From IMG/VR virus record IMGVR_UViG_3300025751_003710: DNA of 39,462 nt. One strand, given 5' to 3'. The notes under the pieces are model-generated. The model saw nothing but the letters and a program-made list of their open reading frames with translations. It was not told where the DNA came from and did not search any database. Source of the DNA: an uncultured virus (IMG/VR IMGVR_UViG_3300025751_003710) (taxonomy: Duplodnaviria; Heunggongvirae; Uroviricota; Caudoviricetes). Positions 33,217 to 39,462 of this stretch are shown one piece after another. The first letter of the stretch is position 1. Every line of letters starts with the position of its first letter. The position numbers were made by a program, and so were the translations under genes.

Positions 33217-35717
33217 TGCGTTTTTATACTAATGTTCAAATGGTCGGAGATCACTTCTTGGTCCGAGGTTATGAAAATGGAAAACATTTTGCAACCCGAG
33301 AGAAGTTTTTTCCGACTCTTTTTGTGCCTTCCAATAAGCAAACAGAATATACAACTTTGAATGGTGAGTACGTTGATCCAATTAATCCTGGAACTGTAAG
33401 AGAGACTCGTGAATTCATTAAAAAATATGATGGGGTTGAAAATTTTAAAGTTTATGGAAATACAGGATACATTTATCAGTACATTTCTGAAATGTATCCA
33501 GAAGATGAAATTAAATTTGATATTAGTAAAATTAAAGTAGTAACCCTCGACATTGAGGTTGCATCAGAGAATGGATTCCCTGATGTGGAATCTGCTGCTG
33601 AAGAGGTGTTGTTGATTACAATTCAGGATTATGCTACGAAGCAGATCAGAACCTGGGGTCTTGGACCTTTTAATAATAAGCAACAAAATGTTACTTACAA
33701 AGGATTTAGAACTGAATATGAATTGCTGAATGACTTTATCAATTGGTGGATGATTGAGGGAAATACTCCCGAAGTTATTACTGGGTGGAATAGTAAACTT
33801 TATGATATTCCATATCTTGTTCGTAGAATTGAACGCATTCTTGGCGAGAAACTTATGAAAAGAATTTCTCCATGGGGATTGATTACAGAGCAGGAGGTTT
33901 ATATTTCTGGTCGTAAAAATATTTCATACGATGTTGGTGGAGTTTCTCAACTCGACTATTTGGATCTTTATAAGAAGTTTACTTATAAAGCGCAGGAATC
34001 TTATCGTTTGGACTACATTGCGAGTGTAGAACTTGGACAGAAAAAACTGGATCACTCCGAGTTTGATACATTTAAAGATTTTTATACAAAGGGGTGGCAA
34101 AAATTTGTAGAGTACAATATCATTGACGTGGAACTTGTTGACCGCATGGAAGACAAAATGAAACTCATTGATTTGGCATTAACTCTTGCATATGACGCAA
34201 AAGCTAATTATGAAGATGTGTTTTCACAAGTGCGAATGTGGGATACTATCATTTATAACTATTTAAAGGATAGAAAAATTGCTATCCCACCAAAAGTACG
34301 TTCTGATAAAGACTCCAAATATGCGGGAGCGTATGTCAAGGAACCGATTCCAGGAAAGTATGATTGGGTTGTTAGTTTTGACCTTAACAGCCTGTATCCT
34401 CATCTCATTATGCAGTACAACATCTCGCCAGAGACTTTACAGGATATCAGACATCCAAGTGCTACCGTTGATAAGATACTTAATGAAGAACTGACTTTTG
34501 AGATGTATAAGGACAACGCGGTATGTGCCAATGGTGCCATGTATCGGAAGGATGTTCGTGGATTTCTGCCAGAACTGATGGAAAAGATTTATAAAGATAG
34601 AACTATCTTTAAAAAGAAAATGCTTCAGGCAAAGCAAGATTATGAAAAAAATCCATCTAAAGCACTCGAAAAAGAAATTTCTCGATGCAATAATATCCAG
34701 ATGGCGCGTAAGATTCAACTGAACTCTGCCTATGGTGCTATTGGTAATCAGTATTTTCGATATTTTAAACTTGCTAATGCTGAAGCAATTACTCTTTCTG
34801 GGCAGGTTTCAATCCGCTGGATTGAGAACAGGATGAATGGATATCTAAATAAGATTTTGCAAACGGATGGTGAGGATTATGTCATTGCATCTGACACCGA
34901 TTCAATCTATCTTAATATGGGACCTCTTGTTGATAAATTTCTTAGTAACAAGTCTGGTGATAAAACAGCAGTTGTTTCGCTACTTGATAAGATCTGTCAA
35001 GATAAGTTGGAACCATTCATCGAACAATCTTATCAGGAACTTGCGAATTATGTTCAGGCATATGAACAAAAAATGATCATGAAGCGTGAGAACATCGCAG
35101 AACGTGGTATCTGGACTGCTAAGAAGCGATACATTCTGAACGTATGGAATAGTGAGGGAGTTCAATATAATGAACCCAAACTCAAGATGATGGGTATTGA
35201 GGCAGTTAAATCATCTACTCCTGCACCATGTCGGAAGATGATTAAAGATGGACTCAAGTTGATGATGAATGGAACTGAAGATGACGTAATTAATTTTATT
35301 GATAAGTGTCGTCAAGAATTTAAAGAACTTCCACCAGAATCTATCGCTTTTCCAAGAACAGCTTCTGATATTCGTAAATACCATTCATCTTCTGATATCT
35401 ATATAAAGGGTACTCCCATTCATTGTCGCGGAGCTTTATTGTTTAATCATTATATTAAGCAAAATAAGTTGGATAAAAAGTATTCATTAATTAACAATGG
35501 TGAGAAAATTAAATTTATCTATTTAAAAAAACCAAATATTATACAAGAGAATATTATCTCTTTTATTCAAGATTTTCCTAAAGAGCTTAATCTTGAACAA
35601 TATATTGATTATGATCTACAATTTGAAAAAAGTTTTGTAGAACCACTTAAGGCAATACTTGATGCTATTGGGTGGAATATTGAGAAAAAAATTAACTTGG
35701 AGGAATTTTTCTTATGA
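33216..35717 (+). CDS. gp43: Family B DNA polymerase gp43
   Basis: Exonuclease DIE, SFDLNSLYP, KIQLNSAYG and SDTDS motifs; C-terminal clamp-binding-like NLEEFF. Confidence 0.99.
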   Translation: MRFYTNVQMVGDHFLVRGYENGKHFATREKFFPTLFVPSNKQTEYTTLNGEYVDPINPGTVRETREFIKKYDGVENFKVYGNTGYIYQYISEMYPEDEIKFDISKIKVVTLDIEVASENGFPDVESAAEEVLLITIQDYATKQIRTWGLGPFNNKQQNVTYKGFRTEYELLNDFINWWMIEGNTPEVITGWNSKLYDIPYLVRRIERILGEKLMKRISPWGLITEQEVYISGRKNISYDVGGVSQLDYLDLYKKFTYKAQESYRLDYIASVELGQKKLDHSEFDTFKDFYTKGWQKFVEYNIIDVELVDRMEDKMKLIDLALTLAYDAKANYEDVFSQVRMWDTIIYNYLKDRKIAIPPKVRSDKDSKYAGAYVKEPIPGKYDWVVSFDLNSLYPHLIMQYNISPETLQDIRHPSATVDKILNEELTFEMYKDNAVCANGAMYRKDVRGFLPELMEKIYKDRTIFKKKMLQAKQDYEKNPSKALEKEISRCNNIQMARKIQLNSAYGAIGNQYFRYFKLANAEAITLSGQVSIRWIENRMNGYLNKILQTDGEDYVIASDTDSIYLNMGPLVDKFLSNKSGDKTAVVSLLDKICQDKLEPFIEQSYQELANYVQAYEQKMIMKRENIAERGIWTAKKRYILNVWNSEGVQYNEPKLKMMGIEAVKSSTPAPCRKMIKDGLKLMMNGTEDDVINFIDKCRQEFKELPPESIAFPRTASDIRKYHSSSDIYIKGTPIHCRGALLFNHYIKQNKLDKKYSLINNGEKIKFIYLKKPNIIQENIISFIQDFPKELNLEQYIDYDLQFEKSFVEPLKAILDAIGWNIEKKINLEEFFL

Positions 35718-35911
35718 ATGATAAGTATGTAATTGATGATGGAGAATCAAAACAAGATAAATGGAATAGAGGACTTGATATTTTCATTGAATCGGTTCAT
35801 AAACCAGATTCTGCACTTAGACAGTGTGCTCACAATCAAAGATGTTATCATGAGTTGATGGATGTTCGTAAAAATGTGCTAGAATACCTTAAGACCTTAC
35901 GTTGGGAATAA
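35714..35911 (+). CDS. Hypothetical protein
   Basis: 65-aa ORF with ATGA overlap and SD GGAGG. Confidence 0.75.
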   Translation: MNDKYVIDDGESKQDKWNRGLDIFIESVHKPDSALRQCAHNQRCYHELMDVRKNVLEYLKTLRWE

Positions 35912-36082
35912 ATGGAACTTCCTATTACTGATAAAGAACTTGCTACGATCGTGAATGCTCTCCGTCTAGGTGGAGATACATCACTATATCAAAAGTTAAA
36001 GATTGTGAAAGAGATCCGTGAAGAAAACCCTGGTGGATCTTATAAAAAAATTCTAAGGGAGCAGTATGGCATGGTCGTCTAA
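35912..36082 (+). CDS. Hypothetical 56-aa protein (not in the ORF track)
   Basis: MELPITDKELATIVNALRLGGDTSLYQKLKIVKEIREENPGGSYKKILREQYGMVV; starts directly after the upstream stop. Confidence 0.7.
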   Translation: MELPITDKELATIVNALRLGGDTSLYQKLKIVKEIREENPGGSYKKILREQYGMVV

Positions 36083-36236
36083 AAAGAATCATTATTGGAC
36101 TCCTAATGATTTGTCAGATAGTGAGTTGCAATGTTTGATGGACTCATTAAAAAGGAATGGTGATGAAACAAAACTTTATTGGAAGTTTTGGTGTTGGAAA
36201 ATGAACTACAGAAACAAAGATTATGGACTTTCTTAA
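36066..36236 (+). CDS. Hypothetical 56-aa protein (not in the ORF track)
   Basis: MAWSSKKNHYWTPNDLSDSELQCLMDSLKRNGDETKLYWKFWCWKMNYRNKDYGLS; SD GGGAG upstream; fills the gap before uvsX. Confidence 0.6.
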   Translation: MAWSSKKNHYWTPNDLSDSELQCLMDSLKRNGDETKLYWKFWCWKMNYRNKDYGLS

Positions 36237-37230
36237 AGATATTGTAAAAGAAATTGGAGATGAGTATACAAAACTCGCATCAGATATTGATGAAACTGAA
36301 ACTTATGTTGACACAGGTTCTTACATTTTTAATGGACTTGTTTCAGGGTCTATATTTGGTGGTGTATCTGGGAATAAGATTACTGCCATTGCTGGCGAGT
36401 CTAGCACTGGAAAAACTTTTTTCTCCCTTGCTGTCGTCAAGAACTTTTTGGATTCTAACCCTGATGGGTATTGCCTATATTTTGACACTGAAGCCGCTGT
36501 TAATAAGTCTCTACTCGCAAGTCGTGGGGTAGATCTTGAGAGGACTGTTGTTGTTAATGTTGTGACTGTTGAAGAGTTCCGTACCAAGGCACTCAAGGCA
36601 GTTGATATTTACTTAAAAAAACCTGAAGATGAGCGCAAACCCTGCATGTTTGTCTTAGACTCTCTAGGAATGCTTTCAACGGAAAAGGAAATTAATGATG
36701 CTCTGAATGATAAGCAGGTTCGTGACATGACGAAATCTCAACTTATCAAAGGTGCTTTCAGGATGTTGACATTGAAGTTGGGGCAGGCTAATATTCCTAT
36801 GATTGTTACCAACCACACCTACGATGTCATTGGTGCTTACGTTCCTACTAAAGAGATGGGCGGTGGTTCTGGTCTTAAGTATGCTGCCAGTACCATCATT
36901 TATCTCAGCAAGAAAAAAGAAAAAGACGGAACAGAAATTGTCGGAAATCTTATTAAGGCAAAGACTGCTAAGTCGCGTTTAAGCAAGGAGAACAAGGATG
37001 TTACGGTGCGTCTTTATTACGATGAGCGTGGTCTTGATCGATATTATGGTCTTCTTGAACTTGGTGAGATTGGCGGACTTTGGAAAAACGTTGCTGGTAG
37101 ATATGAAATAGATGGTAAAAAAATCTATGCAAAACAAATCTTGAAAGATCCAGAAACATATTTCACTGAAGAAGTGATGTTAAAACTTGATGAGATTGCA
37201 AAAAACGAATTCTCTTATGGAACGAATTGA
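36223..37230 (+). CDS. uvsX: RecA-like recombinase UvsX
   Basis: GESSTGKT, YFDTE, LDSLGML and MGGGSGLKYAAS motifs. Confidence 0.97.
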   Translation: MDFLKDIVKEIGDEYTKLASDIDETETYVDTGSYIFNGLVSGSIFGGVSGNKITAIAGESSTGKTFFSLAVVKNFLDSNPDGYCLYFDTEAAVNKSLLASRGVDLERTVVVNVVTVEEFRTKALKAVDIYLKKPEDERKPCMFVLDSLGMLSTEKEINDALNDKQVRDMTKSQLIKGAFRMLTLKLGQANIPMIVTNHTYDVIGAYVPTKEMGGGSGLKYAASTIIYLSKKKEKDGTEIVGNLIKAKTAKSRLSKENKDVTVRLYYDERGLDRYYGLLELGEIGGLWKNVAGRYEIDGKKIYAKQILKDPETYFTEEVMLKLDEIAKNEFSYGTN

Positions 37231-38590
37231 GACTACTATTCTCAAAAATTTAATACACAATGAGGAATATTCTCGTAAAGTTATTCCATTTATTGAACCA
37301 TCATATTTTGAACAACGATCTGAAAAAGTGATCTTTGAGGAGATTACTCAGTTCATTGTTAAGTATGGATCTGCAATTACAACCGAAGCATTAAATATTG
37401 AGGTTGAGAATAGAACAGATCTAAACGAGACTGAAATTAAAGAGACTAGAGATGTTTGTAATTCTTTCAATGACTCTCCTGTAGATCATCAATGGCTGCT
37501 AGATACTACTGAGAAGTGGTGCCGTGATCGTGCGATTTATCTTGCTTTGATGGAATCTATCAGCATTGCTGATGGGCAAGATGATAAAAAGAATCGGGAT
37601 GCAATTCCAAGCATTCTTTCAGATGCTCTGGCAGTATCTTTTGACAACCATATTGGTCATGACTATCTAAATGATTATGAAGCAAGATACGATTCTTACC
37701 ACAGGAAAGAAGACCGTATTCCTTTTGATCTTGAGTATTTCAACAAGATTACGAAAGGTGGTCTTCCTAACAAGACTCTTAATGTCGCTCTTGCTGGGAC
37801 AGGTGTCGGTAAGTCTTTGTTCATGTGCCATATGGCTAGCTCCGTTTTGCTTAGTGGACGTAACGTGCTATACATTACAATGGAGATGGCAGAAGAGAAA
37901 ATTGCTGAGCGTATTGATGCAAACTTGCTCAACGTACCCATTCAAGATCTTACTGATCTTCCCAGGTCTTCGTTTGAAAACAAAGTAACTAAGTTAGCAG
38001 CAAAGACTCAAGGAACTCTTATAATTAAAGAGTATCCGACTGCTAGCGCACACAGTGGACACTTTAAGGCACTTCTTAATGAACTTGCACTTAAGAAGTC
38101 ATTTAGACCTGATATTATTTTCATTGATTACCTTAATATATGTGCTTCCTCCCGCTATAGGCAGAACGGCTCTATCAATTCATATAGCTATATTAAATCT
38201 ATTGCAGAGGAGCTTAGAGGGTTGGCTGTCGAAGCCGAGGTCCCTATCGTATCTGCCACCCAGACCACTCGTTCTGGTTATGGCAGCAGTGACGTTGACC
38301 TTACTGACACTTCTGAGTCCTTTGGTCTCCCTGCTACTGCTGATCTTATGTTTGCCCTTATTAGCACTGAGGAACTTGAACAACTTGGACAGATAATGGT
38401 AAAGCAGTTGAAGAATCGATACAATGATATTTCTATTAATAAGAGATTTATTGTTGGTATTGATCGTGCCAAGATGCGCTTATATGATTGTGAGCAAACT
38501 GCACAGGAAGATATACTTGATTCTGGCAAAGAAGAAGAGTATACATATGAAGATAAACCTAAAAAAACATTCGACGGATTTAAATTTTAA
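37217..38590 (+). CDS. gp41: Replicative DNA helicase gp41
   Basis: AGTGVGKS, ITMEMAEE, IDYLNIC, ATQTTR, SESFGLP and KNRY motifs. Confidence 0.98.
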   Translation: MERIETTILKNLIHNEEYSRKVIPFIEPSYFEQRSEKVIFEEITQFIVKYGSAITTEALNIEVENRTDLNETEIKETRDVCNSFNDSPVDHQWLLDTTEKWCRDRAIYLALMESISIADGQDDKKNRDAIPSILSDALAVSFDNHIGHDYLNDYEARYDSYHRKEDRIPFDLEYFNKITKGGLPNKTLNVALAGTGVGKSLFMCHMASSVLLSGRNVLYITMEMAEEKIAERIDANLLNVPIQDLTDLPRSSFENKVTKLAAKTQGTLIIKEYPTASAHSGHFKALLNELALKKSFRPDIIFIDYLNICASSRYRQNGSINSYSYIKSIAEELRGLAVEAEVPIVSATQTTRSGYGSSDVDLTDTSESFGLPATADLMFALISTEELEQLGQIMVKQLKNRYNDISINKRFIVGIDRAKMRLYDCEQTAQEDILDSGKEEEYTYEDKPKKTFDGFKF

Positions 38591-38592
38591 TA

Positions 38593-39168
38593 ATGGATCA
38601 TATCTATCAAAATTCAAACTTTGGACAACATTGGTTTTCTTATCCAAATTTATATAAATCTGTAGTTGAAAAATTTTCATCTGGCAGTAAATTTGTTGAA
38701 GTTGGATCCTGGAAAGGAAAATCTTCTTCGTTTATGGCAGTGGAAATTGCTAATTCCAACAAAGATATTCAATTTTATTGCGTTGACCATTGGTTGGGGA
38801 GTAGAGAGCATTATGATAGAAATCATCATGCATATGAACCAAATATTCATATGTTATATAATACTTTTTTAAATAATATGAAACCAGTTGAAAAGTATTA
38901 TACTCCTCTCAGAATGTCTTCTTTGGAAGCATCTACTCATTTTGAAGATAAAAGTTTAGATTTTGTATTTTTAGATGCTTCTCATGAATATGATGACGTT
39001 TGTAATGATATAGATTATTGGAAACCAAAAGTAAAAATTGGAGGAATCTTAGCTGGTCATGATTATAATCCTGATGATAAAGATTCCTGTGGTGTTTATC
39101 CTGCAGTTAATGAAAAAATAAAACAATTTGATGTATCTGAATATTGTTGGATACATCAAATTAGTTGA
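38593..39168 (+). CDS. Class I SAM-dependent methyltransferase (Methyltransf_24-like)
   Basis: VEVGSWKGKS, DFVFLDASHEY and GGILAGHDY motifs. Confidence 0.88.
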   Translation: MDHIYQNSNFGQHWFSYPNLYKSVVEKFSSGSKFVEVGSWKGKSSSFMAVEIANSNKDIQFYCVDHWLGSREHYDRNHHAYEPNIHMLYNTFLNNMKPVEKYYTPLRMSSLEASTHFEDKSLDFVFLDASHEYDDVCNDIDYWKPKVKIGGILAGHDYNPDDKDSCGVYPAVNEKIKQFDVSEYCWIHQIS

Positions 39169-39193
39169 CAAATAGTACAAAAGGAATTAAAAT
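39165..39193 (+). promoter_or_regulatory. Sigma70-type promoter
   Basis: TTGACA-17 nt-TAAAAT. Confidence 0.7.
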
Positions 39194-39213
39194 TTAAAAG
39201 AAAATAACATAAT

Positions 39214-39462
39214 ATGAACGGTTATTATTCTGTATTTAATCCTAAAGGGGAAAAAATTGTTGACTGTGGCATCGAAAGAGATGCAGTCAATCTCATGAAT
39301 ATGAGAAATCGAAGATGGGATGGACACTACTTTATGTTCAATCCTCTTCCTGGTGATATAATTGATATTGCCAACAATAAACAACTTCCAACTAGTGATA
39401 TTGTCGTCAATATGAACGGTGGTGTCGGTGGTTCTTGGAAAAACGTTTCTGAAGAAGAATTT
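39214..39462 (+). CDS. Hypothetical protein (3' partial)
   Basis: MNGYYSVFNPKGEKIVDCGIERDAVNLMNMRNRRWDGH... is open to the window end and follows a promoter. Confidence 0.65.
   Translation, partial: MNGYYSVFNPKGEKIVDCGIERDAVNLMNMRNRRWDGHYFMFNPLPGDIIDIANNKQLPTSDIVVNMNGGVGGSWKNVSEEEF

Noticed and set aside
2037..38590. Inteins or introns in gp17, gp20, gp43, gp41 and uvsW
   Set aside because: The ORFs are continuous and of ordinary length, with no intein splice motifs or inserted endonuclease domains seen.

Overview
This window is part of a T4-like myovirus genome. The gene complement and order closely resemble marine cyanomyoviruses (Kyanoviridae-like); that assignment is inferred from family recognition, not from a database search. 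All credible genes are on the + strand. The late morphogenesis block comes first: two probable head-internal proteins, gp17 terminase, gp18 sheath, gp19 tube, gp20 portal, gp67-like core protein, gp21, gp22, gp23 and gp3. It is followed by uvsY, uvsW, gp55, gp47, gp46, a HEXXH+vWA protein with a MoxR/CobS-like AAA+ partner, gp45, gp44, Dam, gp62, regA, hsp20, gp43, uvsX and gp41. Accessory inserts include a short UDP-glucose dehydrogenase, a degenerate glutaredoxin, a DenV-like protein, two 2OG-Fe(II) oxygenases and a SAM methyltransferase. I saw no tRNA, CRISPR array, intein or intron. The most interesting signals are non-coding or unannotated: (1) a ROSE-like RNA thermometer in front of hsp20; (2) a candidate late small RNA directly upstream of two of four dispersed, possibly Sm-like paralogs; (3) a near-consensus sigma70 promoter firing antisense toward uvsW; (4) late promoters embedded in SD-masking hairpins; (5) a T4-type capsid-targeting sequence next to a modular, possibly gp21-processed polyprotein.
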